Shown here piece by piece: positions 39,101 to 51,512 of a stretch of DNA of 64,000 nucleotides. Both the position numbers and the translations under genes were made by a program. The notes under the pieces were generated by a model that was not told where the DNA came from, searched no databases, and worked only from the letters and a program-made list of their open reading frames with translations. Source of the stretch: an uncultured Chlamydiae bacterium (GTDB lineage: Bacteria; Chlamydiota; Chlamydiia; Chlamydiales; SM23-39); assembly GCA_963828125.1 (NCBI GenBank), contig CAWHDP010000002.1, forward strand, positions 480,001-544,000. Reading direction: 5' to 3'. Positions within the stretch are counted from its first letter, which is position 1. Every line of letters begins with the position of its first letter.

Positions 39101-41555
39101 CCTCCCCCCCTACGCCCGCGCGCAAGTCAAACAACTCCCCAAACCCAAAGCGGAGAGGATCGAGGGGCTCTCTCCATCCATCGCGCTCGAACAAAAGACA
39201 GGCGGACTCAACCCGCGCAGCACCGTTGGAACCATCACCGAGGTTTATGATTTGTTCCGCGTTTTATACGCTCATTTGGGGATTCCGCATGATCCCGAGA
39301 CTGGAAAAGCGATCCAGAACATCAGCAAAGAGAGTATCGTCGAGGCGATTTTTAAGCTCCCTGAAGGGGAAAAAATCCAGATTTTAACGCCAGTGGTCTT
39401 TGAGAAGAAAGAGAGCTTTGAAACGCTCATCGAACGGCTTAACCGCGAAGGGTATCTCCGGATCCGACTCAATGGGAAGATTTATCCGCTAGATGAGCCG
39501 ATTCCCTATGAGAAATTCAGAAAAAACGAACTATTTTTAGTGATCGACCGGTTGGTTGTCGAACGAAAATCTGAAAAAAGACTCTATGAGGCGATCAGCA
39601 AAGCGGAAGGGGTAGTGATTGTAGGAAGAGAGGGGGAAGATTTGCCCTTTTCTTTCTCGGGAAGCGGACGGATTACCCCGCAGAGCTTCTCGTTCAACCA
39701 CGACGCAGGAATGTGCCAAGAGTGCTTGGGTTTAGGGATCACCTACGGCGCCCACCTCGAAGACGATAGGAAATTCCAAAAGAGCTCCATCTACGATATA
39801 GCCGACCGTTTGTTCAAAGAAAAAGGGACGAGCGGCGCTTACAAAGTCTTAGAACGGTATTTTAAAGAGGCGGGCGAAAGTAGAGAGGTGGTTTTGAACG
39901 GCGGGCCCGAAGTGCGGATGAAAGGGGGGCTCACCCTCCGGTGGCGCGGACTGCATCCAGTACTCGCCGGCGCCGCGCGAATGGCTGTAGGTTCTATCCG
40001 CGAGTCGCTCCTCCCCATGATGAGCGCCACCACCTGCTCCGCCTGCAAAGGGATGAGACTGAACCCCATCGCCCGCAATGTCCGGATCAAAGGGCTCTCG
40101 ATTGGAGATTTATGCCATTTAAGCATTGAAAAAGCCTACGATTTTCTCCAAGAACTCGAGGTTCCCCCCTATCTGAAAGAGACCCACGCCCAATCGTTGA
40201 AATTCCTCGAGTTTTTACTCGCCATCGGCCTCCGCTACCTTTCGCTAGATCGCTCTGCGCCGACATTGAGCGGCGGAGAACTACAAAGGATCCGGCTCGC
40301 ACGGCAACTCGGCTCTGGACTCACATCGTGCCTTTACATCCTCGACGAGCCGACGATCGGACTCCACCCTTATAACAATGAACTCTTGACCCGGGCATTG
40401 AAAGACCTTCGCGATCTTGGCAATACATTGATCCTCGTCGAGCACGATCCAATGACGATCCGCGCCTCCGATTATCTATTCGATTTTGGCCCGAAAGCAG
40501 GACGCGAAGGGGGCTATATCACAGCCCACGGAACCATTGCCGAAATTGAAAAAAATCCCGATTCGCTCACCGGCGCCTATTTAAGCGGCCGGAAACAAAT
40601 CCCCATTCCGAAAAAAAGGAGACCCTTCACACCAGGTATCCGGATTGAAAACGCTACGCTACATAATCTTAAAAATATCACCGTCGAAATCCCCAAATCG
40701 GCCATCACGTGTCTAACGGGCGTCTCTGGATCGGGCAAATCGACCTTAATGAGCTATCTGCTGAAAAATCGGGAATTCGAGCGGGTCATCATCGTCGATC
40801 AAAGCCCCATTGGACAAACCTCGCGCGCAGACGTCAGCACCTACTCTGACATCCAGCCTCTCATCCGCGCCCTCTACGCCTCGCTCCCCCTCGCAATGAC
40901 CAAAGGACTCCAGCCCCGCCACTTCAGCCCCAATCACCTCCGCGGCATGTGCCGCACCTGCTGGGGACTTGGCTACAAGACCGTCGATCTCCAATTTCTC
41001 CCTGCCGTCCGCATCATCTGCGACAGCTGCCGCGGCTGCCGTCTCAACCCCATTTCTCTAGAGGTGAAATATAAAGGCAAACACCTCGGCGAAGTGCTCC
41101 AAATGACCGTCAGCGAAGCCCTTGAATGGTTTTCAGCCATCCCCAAAATCGTCAAACGGCTCGAGACCCTCATCTCCGTCGGCCTCCCCTATCTGCAGCT
41201 CGGCCAGGAACTCCCCTCCCTCTCCGGCGGCGAGGCCCAGCGGCTCCGCCTCTCCCGCGAGCTTGCCAAACGGGAGAGCGGCAACACGCTCTACCTCATC
41301 GACGAACCCACCGTCGGCCTCCACCCCGAAGACATCCTCAAACTCCTCAAAATTTTCCACCACCTCGCCGATAAAAAAAACACCCTCGTCATCATCGAAC
41401 ACAATATAGACGTCATTGTCAACGCCGACCACCTCATCGATCTCGGCCCCGACGCCGGCGACGACGGAGGGGAAGTCATGGCGTCCGGCACCCCCGAACA
41501 GGTAGCCCGCTCCCAAACATCTCGGACAGCGAAATATATCAGGGAAATGCTATAG
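36171..41555 (+). CDS. uvrA: Excinuclease ABC subunit A, double-length (four ABC ATPase domains)
   Basis: Four G.SGSGKS Walker A / LSGGE / DEP sets plus zinc fingers. Confidence 0.96.
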   Translation: MMILKKVRVHNLKGVDLELEPGQLVVFTGVSGSGKSSLAFDTIYVEGQRRYIESLSHQARRFLGDLPKPDAESISGLSPTIAIEQKTAGRTPRSTVGTMTGIYDFLRVLYARLATPHCPVSGEPVAAQSREKIIAEVQSLKPGSKIVILAPFARNKKGEFKEEFAELLSKGFLRLKIDGAWVDLSEEVILDPKVGHDVDIVVDRLVVNGENRSRIAESVSAALELGKGVFSVDDTVYSQFAHSVQSGLSYGPLEPHDFSFNHPAGMCPSCHGLGVTAEFDLEKVIDPEKSIREDCCLVASSYNTVRYGNIYNNLAKRFKFSVDTPWKDLSKRAKEVFLYGVEQKWTRMDFVHPVKKTSWFEYVCWKGVLSEARERLVAAKSDLYRKKMGELMSEGVCSSCKGERIKPYPAAARMGGKRIGELTAMPLEELLVFFEEIRWSPLELKIGEELRKEIQEQLSFLIHVGLSYLSLDRTSPSLSGGESQRVRLASQIGAGLVGAIYVLDEPSIGLHPIDHHKLIDTLKALRDQGNTVLVVEHDLDTILAADRVVDVGPGAGVHGGEILELTDPRSITGGYVSGRLKIEPPKKRRKKEGELILTGACRHNLKNVTVSIPLGVFICVTGVSGSGKSSLISDTLYPALMSRSPSLKGLDLIDKVIGVDQSPIGRTPRSNAATYIKLFDEIRDLFTELPESKIRGFGAGHFSFNVKEGSCSYCGGLGQVKIDMDFMEDAWIQCPQCKGKRFEPEILAVKFKGKSIHDVLEMDVEHALELFAAFPPIRKKLEVLSLVGLDYLSLGQPSTTLSGGEAQRIKLAKELVRPATGKTMFILDEPTTGLHFHDVKKLIGILQHLVDRGNTVLVIEHNMDLVKCADWVIDLGPGAGAKGGEIVGTGTPDQIAKLKTATGIALRGVQAGGKSEKKLAVMKEIVVEGACQNNLKGVSLKVQRGKITVFTGPSGSGKSSLAFETLYAEGQRRYTETLPPYARAQVKQLPKPKAERIEGLSPSIALEQKTGGLNPRSTVGTITEVYDLFRVLYAHLGIPHDPETGKAIQNISKESIVEAIFKLPEGEKIQILTPVVFEKKESFETLIERLNREGYLRIRLNGKIYPLDEPIPYEKFRKNELFLVIDRLVVERKSEKRLYEAISKAEGVVIVGREGEDLPFSFSGSGRITPQSFSFNHDAGMCQECLGLGITYGAHLEDDRKFQKSSIYDIADRLFKEKGTSGAYKVLERYFKEAGESREVVLNGGPEVRMKGGLTLRWRGLHPVLAGAARMAVGSIRESLLPMMSATTCSACKGMRLNPIARNVRIKGLSIGDLCHLSIEKAYDFLQELEVPPYLKETHAQSLKFLEFLLAIGLRYLSLDRSAPTLSGGELQRIRLARQLGSGLTSCLYILDEPTIGLHPYNNELLTRALKDLRDLGNTLILVEHDPMTIRASDYLFDFGPKAGREGGYITAHGTIAEIEKNPDSLTGAYLSGRKQIPIPKKRRPFTPGIRIENATLHNLKNITVEIPKSAITCLTGVSGSGKSTLMSYLLKNREFERVIIVDQSPIGQTSRADVSTYSDIQPLIRALYASLPLAMTKGLQPRHFSPNHLRGMCRTCWGLGYKTVDLQFLPAVRIICDSCRGCRLNPISLEVKYKGKHLGEVLQMTVSEALEWFSAIPKIVKRLETLISVGLPYLQLGQELPSLSGGEAQRLRLSRELAKRESGNTLYLIDEPTVGLHPEDILKLLKIFHHLADKKNTLVIIEHNIDVIVNADHLIDLGPDAGDDGGEVMASGTPEQVARSQTSRTAKYIREML

Positions 41556-41577
41556 TCCGGAAAAAGGAGTTTTCGTT

Positions 41578-41949
41578 ATGTCCGGTCTACATCCCGTTAC
41601 ATCGAGAAAAAAGGCCCAGGCCCTCTCGACCGCTCTGTTTTTAATCGGATTGGCCACCCTGATTTTCACCGACGCCTGGTGGCCCGGCGTCATGCTCATT
41701 ATCGGATTGCCGCTCGCCCTGCGGCAATACTTGCTCGGCAGAACCTATGATATGATGATGACCCTCCTCGTCTTTATCGGCACCTTCGTCACCGTCCAAT
41801 TCGATATCTCCTGGCGCATCTTCCTCCCCATCCTCTTTACCCTAGGAGCTCTCTATATCCTCTTCCGCGAATTCCTAGGACCCGATGAAACCACCGAAGA
41901 GGAGAAAGAGGAAGAACTCAACCGCGAAATTGAAGAGAACAAGAAATAG
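41578..41949 (+). CDS. Conserved hypothetical membrane protein with acidic tail
   Basis: SD AAGGAG; about 4 TM segments; WWPG motif. Confidence 0.75.
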   Translation: MSGLHPVTSRKKAQALSTALFLIGLATLIFTDAWWPGVMLIIGLPLALRQYLLGRTYDMMMTLLVFIGTFVTVQFDISWRIFLPILFTLGALYILFREFLGPDETTEEEKEEELNREIEENKK

Positions 41950-42215
41950 GTGAGTTTAAGCAAGAAGCTGACTGTTAGTGGATTATGTTTTTTTACAATT
42001 ATTTATTCTATTTAATACTAGCTTCGTGCTATAATTATTTTCATGAAAAAGAACAGTGACCACAAATCTTCTCTTCTCGTTGCGCCTGCAATGCAGATTA
42101 CAATTCATTGTATTCGGGTCTGACCCGAATCATCCTTGTTTTCCATCACATTTTTTAAGTTAAATAAAAAAAATAAAACAGATTAAAAATAACAATAAAA
42201 AAAAGGAATATTATT

Positions 42216-42554
42216 ATGCCATTAGGATATGTACCAACAGGAAATTATAGACAAGGTCCCGCACCCACGCAACCCGCTCAAGCTGCACAACAACCTGCAC
42301 CCCCAGCCCCGTCGCCCGCAGATGATGCCGCTGTATTGGCGCAATTTCAGGGCATGCAGATGAATGCTGACCCAAAACAAGATAACTGTGCGGTGTGCCG
42401 AAACCCTCTTTCTCAAGAGAGAGTTGTACAATTCCCTTGTTCGCATCAACTGCATGTAAAGTGTGCAGCGGAGTGGGCTAGAGTTCATAGACCGGCCTCT
42501 TGCCCTATATGCCGCGCACCTTTTGTTCTTGTTCAAAATTGCGTCATCCTTTGA
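42216..42554 (+). CDS. RING-H2 (C3H2C3) zinc-finger protein, candidate E3 ubiquitin ligase effector
   Basis: CAVC...CSH.LH..C...W...CPICRAPF; P/Q/A-rich N-terminus; SD AAGGA. Confidence 0.85.
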   Translation: MPLGYVPTGNYRQGPAPTQPAQAAQQPAPPAPSPADDAAVLAQFQGMQMNADPKQDNCAVCRNPLSQERVVQFPCSHQLHVKCAAEWARVHRPASCPICRAPFVLVQNCVIL

Positions 42555-42588
42555 CATATAAAAAATGATCTCTTAATTTTTTTCGTTC

Positions 42589-42618
42589 GGCCCCCTTGAT
42601 TCTAAGGGGGTTTTGTTT
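42589..42618 (+). terminator. Intrinsic terminator
   Basis: CCCCCTT-GATTCT-AAGGGGG followed by a T-rich tail. Confidence 0.7.
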
Positions 42619-42793
42619 GATAATGAATGATCGTCTGATGGTTCGTGGGAGATGTCCTTGACGCCGGGTCGAAGGGCCAAGAGAAACTCTTTGACTGGAA
42701 GACATGGGATCCCCTCAATGCGCCACCTCTTTTCCCCAAGATAGAGAAAAAGCGGGGTCGCTAATGTACAATCTTTAAAAAAAAGACTAATTT

Positions 42794-45382
42794 ATGATTA
42801 ATGTACAATCTTGCTATACCAGATTCACGGCTGCCCATCCCAGTAATAAGACCCCAGAGCCGTCATGGACAGCTGCATCCAATGTTGCGGGAGCCGTTGC
42901 TTATGCCACCATCTCCCCGTTAGGCGCCCTTTTCGCCGCATTAAAAGCGGGAGTCGACATCCTATCGGAAATCCATACCAATCTCATTAACCAGTGCCCA
43001 TCAAACCCGCAAGAAGCTCTGCAATACATTCAAAAGCATCGCATTACAAACGAAAAGGATCGGATTCAGATTCTCGAATCCTGCTTAAGCTTAAATCAGA
43101 GTGCCGCGATAACTTTAGACCATCTCAAACAATTCCAGATCACGGATCAAAATGTATTAATAGAGATCGCCATACGTTATGCGAAGCAACCTGCATGTAG
43201 AACTTTGGAATATATCGCCAACTTCAACATCCAAAATGAAGAAAGTCTTTTTGAAATCGCTAAAATTTGCGCGACTACGAGTTCATATACTCCGAAATAC
43301 ATTAAAAATTTTAGCATAAAGAACGAAACAAAACTCTTTGAAATTGCTAAGCTATGCGCAAATAAGAATGGTGGAACAACTGCGGAACAGATCCAAAATT
43401 TTGGCATTACAGATCCAAGCAAACTTTTTGAAATCGCCATGCTCTGCGCTAAACAGAATTGCCGTACCACGGCTCAATGCATCAAAAAGTTTGGGATCGA
43501 AGACCAAAGTGATCTTTATCAGATCGCAAAGTGGATGGCGCGCTACCAAGCGTGCCACTTCATACGAAACTTTAAGAAATTTGACATTAAGGACGAAAAC
43601 AAACGGATTGAGCTGGCTATGATGTGCGCATCGAAAGATGGCGAGACAACTGCAGCAAATATCGGCATATTTGACATTACAAATGAGATCAAACTTTGCG
43701 AGATCTTCGTGCTCTGCGCAAAAAATCACCCAGCAAAGATAGCAGAATTGCTCACATGGTTTCCGCTTTCATCAACCACCCTCCTCGAAACAACGGTCTG
43801 GCCATTATGCCTTCTCCAATCCCCCGAGGTTCTTAAAGAAATAACAGGGAATTTAAAACCAAAATATGGCCTTCTGGGAGATCTTGCATCCAGGCTCGAA
43901 GAGGATCCAAGTCAATGGGAGTCGGTCATGAACAATTCACAGCTATCTGAGTGGATAAAACAGTCGGGGCTAGATTCTCCCCATTTTTCATCTATTTCTT
44001 CCTGCCTTGCGAAAATGCAACCTCACCACATACGGCAGTCATTGACCTGTTTCTTTCTAGCCGCATTGTCTGCTCTCCATCTGGGATTAGGGCCTGAGGG
44101 ATTGCAGAAAATCTGGAAAAAAGATCTTTTCCTGAAGATCTTACAAATACATGCCCCTCATTTAGCCCCTCGCCTTACAGAAACCCTCCTTCGCCTTGCG
44201 AAAGACGGCTGTGCATTGGACATATATTCCAATGGCACTCAACTAAACTTGGAACAGAAGTATCCATATATGACTTTACTGCGGATGGAGTTCGCATTAC
44301 TTCAAAGCCAAGGAGTGAATATGAATCGTTTCGTTAACATGCTAGATAACACACTCCGCAAAACTTTTAAAGACGCCAAAAAATTCAAATTGTTGCTCGT
44401 AGTTTTAGACAGTCTTGTCAAAGCTGAGTTGGGAATAAAACAAAAACAGGCAGTTTTAGATTGTTTAGTAGATCAATCAGATTTTATAATCAAAAATTTG
44501 GGCAACATATCGATTCTTTTCGATCTGAATGAAGAATCCCTTTTGGAGAACAGTTCAGAAGGATACGAGGCATTGGCGATGCGAGCCATGCAAAAAATTC
44601 TTCCCGTAGGAGATTTGGCTCATGGATTCGACTCATTGATACAAACGTTCGGATCTAGCCGCAATCCCCAAGCCATTTTCCGTTATGCCGCTGGACTCAG
44701 CACTCTGAATCACCCAGAGGTGGATCGATCATTCAAACAATTTTTTCTATCCGTATGCGATGGGACATTTCAGAACGTCCGGTATAATCCCGACATCAAT
44801 CCGCAAATGCAAAAAATTCAAAATTACTCTGCTGATCTAATCCATCTTTGGAAGCAAGGAAAAACGTGCGACCTCAATGATCAGCTCGGGGCTCAAATAC
44901 CTCATTTAAATCATAAAAAATTGAAAATCATTGATACGGACAATCCATACGATCTGCTCCTTTCCGGAACCGAGGTGCAAGGGAGTTGTCAAAGAATCGA
45001 TGCAAATATCGAATATAACAAGGGACTATTAGGTCTATTGATGAACGGAGCTAGACTTTTGGCTGTTGTAGATCCAAATGGAGTCATCCAGACCAAAGCT
45101 GTCATTCGCATTTTGTTCAATCAACAGGAGAAACCAGTTTTGTTTATCGAAAGACTCTATGGAAATGCTCGGTACGGCGATCCACTGCTCTCTTTCGCAA
45201 AAGAACGGGCCAGAGAGTTCGAGTTGCCGCTGGCTGCCACAGAAGTGGGCGAAGGGCCTTTGATTCAAGCCTCCTTAACCTCATTAGGAGGTCCAGCGCC
45301 ATATGAATATAGCGATGCAGGCGGAGAAATCTGCCCACAAGGGATCATCTGTGTATCGAGATACTGCATTCTACAAGAATGA
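42794..45382 (+). CDS. Hypothetical 862-aa protein with eight ~30-aa helical repeats and a globular C-terminal domain
   Basis: Repeat consensus xNFxIxDExxLxEIAxxCA; C-terminal DTDNPYDLLLSGTEV.GSCQ...LFIERLY. Confidence 0.8.
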   Translation: MINVQSCYTRFTAAHPSNKTPEPSWTAASNVAGAVAYATISPLGALFAALKAGVDILSEIHTNLINQCPSNPQEALQYIQKHRITNEKDRIQILESCLSLNQSAAITLDHLKQFQITDQNVLIEIAIRYAKQPACRTLEYIANFNIQNEESLFEIAKICATTSSYTPKYIKNFSIKNETKLFEIAKLCANKNGGTTAEQIQNFGITDPSKLFEIAMLCAKQNCRTTAQCIKKFGIEDQSDLYQIAKWMARYQACHFIRNFKKFDIKDENKRIELAMMCASKDGETTAANIGIFDITNEIKLCEIFVLCAKNHPAKIAELLTWFPLSSTTLLETTVWPLCLLQSPEVLKEITGNLKPKYGLLGDLASRLEEDPSQWESVMNNSQLSEWIKQSGLDSPHFSSISSCLAKMQPHHIRQSLTCFFLAALSALHLGLGPEGLQKIWKKDLFLKILQIHAPHLAPRLTETLLRLAKDGCALDIYSNGTQLNLEQKYPYMTLLRMEFALLQSQGVNMNRFVNMLDNTLRKTFKDAKKFKLLLVVLDSLVKAELGIKQKQAVLDCLVDQSDFIIKNLGNISILFDLNEESLLENSSEGYEALAMRAMQKILPVGDLAHGFDSLIQTFGSSRNPQAIFRYAAGLSTLNHPEVDRSFKQFFLSVCDGTFQNVRYNPDINPQMQKIQNYSADLIHLWKQGKTCDLNDQLGAQIPHLNHKKLKIIDTDNPYDLLLSGTEVQGSCQRIDANIEYNKGLLGLLMNGARLLAVVDPNGVIQTKAVIRILFNQQEKPVLFIERLYGNARYGDPLLSFAKERAREFELPLAATEVGEGPLIQASLTSLGGPAPYEYSDAGGEICPQGIICVSRYCILQE

Positions 45383-45392
45383 CTGTAAAAGT

Positions 45393-46541
<1,149 letters not shown>

Positions 46542-46544
46542 GAA

Positions 46545-46823
46545 TCAATACCGGATATTGAACTTGTTTTTCGCCAACGTCAAAATCGCGTCTACGGCAA
46601 GCTCCGCATCCTCCCCAATCGCCTCCACAACAACCTTCGCGCCCCTCTCAGCGGCCAGCATCAAGATGCCCAAAATCGACTTCGCATTCACCACATAATT
46701 GCGATAACTCAAATTCACCTGGGCATTAAAATGCGCGGCGCACTTAACGAGTTCAGTCGAAGGGCGCGTATGGAGTCCCTTACTATTCAAAACAACAAAA
46801 ATGGCTCTGGCTTTACGTTTCAT
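46545..46823 (-). CDS. ptsH: Phosphocarrier protein HPr
   Basis: GLHTRP (His15) and NAKSILG (Ser46) motifs. Confidence 0.95.
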   Translation of the reverse strand: MKRKARAIFVVLNSKGLHTRPSTELVKCAAHFNAQVNLSYRNYVVNAKSILGILMLAAERGAKVVVEAIGEDAELAVDAILTLAKNKFNIRY

Positions 46824-46893
46824 CTGCTTCCCGAATCTCTATATGGCGCAGATGTAGGTGTTACCACAATCCTATTTTCTTTTCAATCAAAAA

Positions 46894-48726
46894 CTAGACT
46901 TTCTCTTTCAATTCCTCTAATAATTTCTCAAAATAATCGAGGGCCGCATTCACTGCGTCCGGTTTTCTCATGTCAACGCCGGCTACTTTCAAAAGGTCGA
47001 TCGGATATTTGCTGCCGCCGGACGACAAAAACTCCAAATACCGCTCTTTCGCCTTCTCATCGACCATCGCTTTCTGAAATAAGGCGAGGGCAGCGCTTAA
47101 ACCTGTCGCGTACTGATAGACGTAGAAATTGTAATAAAAATGGGGGATACGGGCCCATTCTATCTCTAACTCTTTGTCGAGAACCAGATCGGGACCATAG
47201 TATTCTCGATTGAGTTTGATATAATACTCTTTTAACAGGGCTGGGGTCAATGGAACGCCCTCCTCTGCCCACCGGTGGATCTGCAGCTCGAATTCGGCAA
47301 AAAGGGTCTGCCGGAAAATCGTCCCTCGAATCCCTTCAATCTGATAATTGATTAAAAATGCCTGATCGCGCTTCGACTTAGCTTGCCCCTGCAAGTGCTT
47401 CAAGAGCAGCTGCTCATTGAATGTCGAGGCGACCTCGGCGACAAAAATCGGATATTGGGAATAAATATAGGGCTGATTCATGCGGCTGAGGAGACTGTGC
47501 ATGCTGTGGCCCGCCTCGTGCGCTAGAGTCAAAACATCATTCAGAGTTCCGTGGTAATTCATCAAAATATAGGGCATGCTGTCGTAGCAACCCGATGAGT
47601 AGGCGCCTGAGCGCTTCCGGATGTTCTCATACACGTCGACCCACCGGTCTTCCAAAAGCCCTTTCTGCAAATGGCCCTGATATCGGCTCCCCAGCGGCGC
47701 CACAGAGGCGATCACGGCGCGCCGGGCCTCTTCGTAATCCATATTTGATTCCGCCTCTTCGATGAGCGGCACATAGAGATCGTACGGATGAATATCGGGG
47801 AGCTTTAACAATTTTTTCCTCAAAGCTACATACCGGTGCATGAGCGGCAACCTCGCCCTCACTGACGCAATCAGATTTTCATAGACCGCCCGCTCAATCT
47901 GGTTCGGAAACAGGGCCGCCTCTAAACAGCTGCCGAATTTCCGCGACCTTGCGATAAACAGATGGCTCTGCACTTGCCCTTGAATCAACTCGCAAAGGGT
48001 ATTGACATGGGCCTCGTACCCTTGGTGGAGGTGCTCGAAGGCCGATTTCCGAAGGGCCCTATCGGGACTGCGCAAGTAGGAGAGATAGGTCCCATTCGAG
48101 AGGGGACATTCGGCCCCTTTGGAATCGAGCGCCGATTTGAAGGTCATATCTGCATTATTGAGAGCCCCAAAGGCGCGAATCGATGTGTCAAGCGCTTTGC
48201 CGCTAAGGGCCATGATCTCCTCTTCTTGCGGGGAGAGAGTATGGGGCCGCATTCTCCCAATTTTCTCCAAATGAAAACGGTAGGGCGATAGGGCCGAATG
48301 GGCGATCAGTTGAGAAAATTGATCCTCTTTCAACTCGAGAAACTCGGGCTCAATCCACGAGGTCTGTAGACTGAATTCGTGGATCAAGGTTGAAATCAGG
48401 CCAAAATCGCTTTTAAACGTATCATTGCCCAGATCCTCGTCCAACCTAAGATGAGCGTACACATGGAGTTTTTCCAGTTTTCTCTGCAGGGCTAAATATG
48501 AGTCGAAGAGCTCGGCTACAGACAACGGGTCGTGAAGCCTCCCTCTGTACCGGGATAGCTCGGGCCATTTCCCCCCTCCCCCCTTCACATCCTCTAGATC
48601 CTCTTTCCAATTTTGCGGATCTACGTATAGGGCCTCCACATTCCAGCGATCTTCAACGGGCACTTCATTCCGAGTGACAGGCATCTTTTCCTCTTCTTTT
48701 ATGTAATTGGTTCTTAAGGAGTTCAT
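46894..48726 (-). CDS. pepF: Oligoendopeptidase F (M3B)
   Basis: KRSGAYSSG, TLAHEAGHSMH, AEVASTFNE and IPHFYYNFYVYQYATG motifs. Confidence 0.96.
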   Translation of the reverse strand: MNSLRTNYIKEEEKMPVTRNEVPVEDRWNVEALYVDPQNWKEDLEDVKGGGGKWPELSRYRGRLHDPLSVAELFDSYLALQRKLEKLHVYAHLRLDEDLGNDTFKSDFGLISTLIHEFSLQTSWIEPEFLELKEDQFSQLIAHSALSPYRFHLEKIGRMRPHTLSPQEEEIMALSGKALDTSIRAFGALNNADMTFKSALDSKGAECPLSNGTYLSYLRSPDRALRKSAFEHLHQGYEAHVNTLCELIQGQVQSHLFIARSRKFGSCLEAALFPNQIERAVYENLIASVRARLPLMHRYVALRKKLLKLPDIHPYDLYVPLIEEAESNMDYEEARRAVIASVAPLGSRYQGHLQKGLLEDRWVDVYENIRKRSGAYSSGCYDSMPYILMNYHGTLNDVLTLAHEAGHSMHSLLSRMNQPYIYSQYPIFVAEVASTFNEQLLLKHLQGQAKSKRDQAFLINYQIEGIRGTIFRQTLFAEFELQIHRWAEEGVPLTPALLKEYYIKLNREYYGPDLVLDKELEIEWARIPHFYYNFYVYQYATGLSAALALFQKAMVDEKAKERYLEFLSSGGSKYPIDLLKVAGVDMRKPDAVNAALDYFEKLLEELKEKV

Positions 48727-48755
48727 ACTCTCTCCGCGACTGGAGGCCGACAGGA

Positions 48756-48782
48756 TTAGCAATCCTGACAATATTGTGCTAA
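48756..48782. promoter_or_regulatory. CIRCE operator (HrcA site)
   Basis: TTAGCAATC-N9-TTGTGCTAA versus consensus TTAGCACTC-N9-GAGTGCTAA, just upstream of the groES promoter. Confidence 0.85.
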
Positions 48783-48788
48783 ATTGTG

Positions 48789-48817
48789 TTGCAAAAAATC
48801 GGATCATCCGCTATATT
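48789..48817 (+). promoter_or_regulatory. groESL promoter
   Basis: TTGCAA-N17-TATATT. Confidence 0.75.
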
Positions 48818-48863
48818 CCTTCTTAGATTCAAGAATGCGTTTATCATATAGGAGAAACTACTT

Positions 48864-50795
<1,932 letters not shown>

Positions 50796-50814
<19 letters not shown>

Positions 50815-51506
50815 TCATCCAATGAACCCTCGAGAAGATTCTCGGGGGTTCTTTTTTGTCCGAAAATGCCAAACGGATTGAGCGTGTCTTTAATCCGCTC
50901 CGTCGGATTCAAGAAATTCTGCAAGTATTGGATCAATCCAGCCCCTTCAAAAATGCGGCTGATCAGCTCTTTTGTTGGAAAACCGTCTCGGCTATCGATG
51001 TCCGTAAATTCCATGTGATCGAAGTTTTTCGTCCCCGCGACGCCCAATGCCTCCGCTCCGGGCCCATCTGTGACCACCGTCATATTCTTCAAGGTCAATC
51101 GATGGATGATCACCTCCGCGCCTCCCCTCTTTTCAGGCATGCGGGCGCCGAGCGCCGCCCAGTTGTTGTCGGAACCTGATCTGTTTTGGATCTCGATATG
51201 GATCATGAGATTTTCCAGCTCGATCAGATCGATTTCAGAGGGCGTAGCAGTGAGCGGCCCCCATCGGTAATGAATTTTCGTTTTGGCCACTTCCAAAGCG
51301 TTCCGATCTTGAAAACCGGGCGGATTTGCGATCGTGAAGAGACGGAGGATCGTTTGTCTCGGCCACATACTGATCATCCGCACTGAGACGTCAACCCCTA
51401 ATTTCTGAGTCAGATACGAAGACATAATCGGAGCCTTGACGAGCCAAAGGAACACAAATGCCGCTATGATGATCAAACAAGCTAATCTCCAACCGTGGCC
51501 AAACAT
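50796..51506 (-). CDS. Hypothetical membrane-anchored protein (AsmA-like N-terminus)
   Basis: N-terminal TM segment; I.NPPGF motif; 3' end runs through the groEL terminator, so the true stop is uncertain. Confidence 0.65.
50824..50857 (+). terminator. groEL terminator
   Basis: GAACCCTCGAGAA-GA-TTCTCGGGGGTTC followed by T6. Confidence 0.85.
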
Positions 51507-51512
51507 ATTTCT

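Noticed and set aside
36171..41555. Double-length UvrA with four ATPase domains as a novelty
   Set aside because: This is the usual UvrA form in Chlamydiae.
42043..42123. 26-codon ORF after TGcTATAAT upstream of the RING gene
   Set aside because: Too short, with no supporting motif or SD.
42620..42765. Coding-looking fragment (WFVGDVLDAG...KKRGR*) between the RING and repeat genes
   Set aside because: No start codon or recognisable family; cannot be supported beyond a possible remnant.
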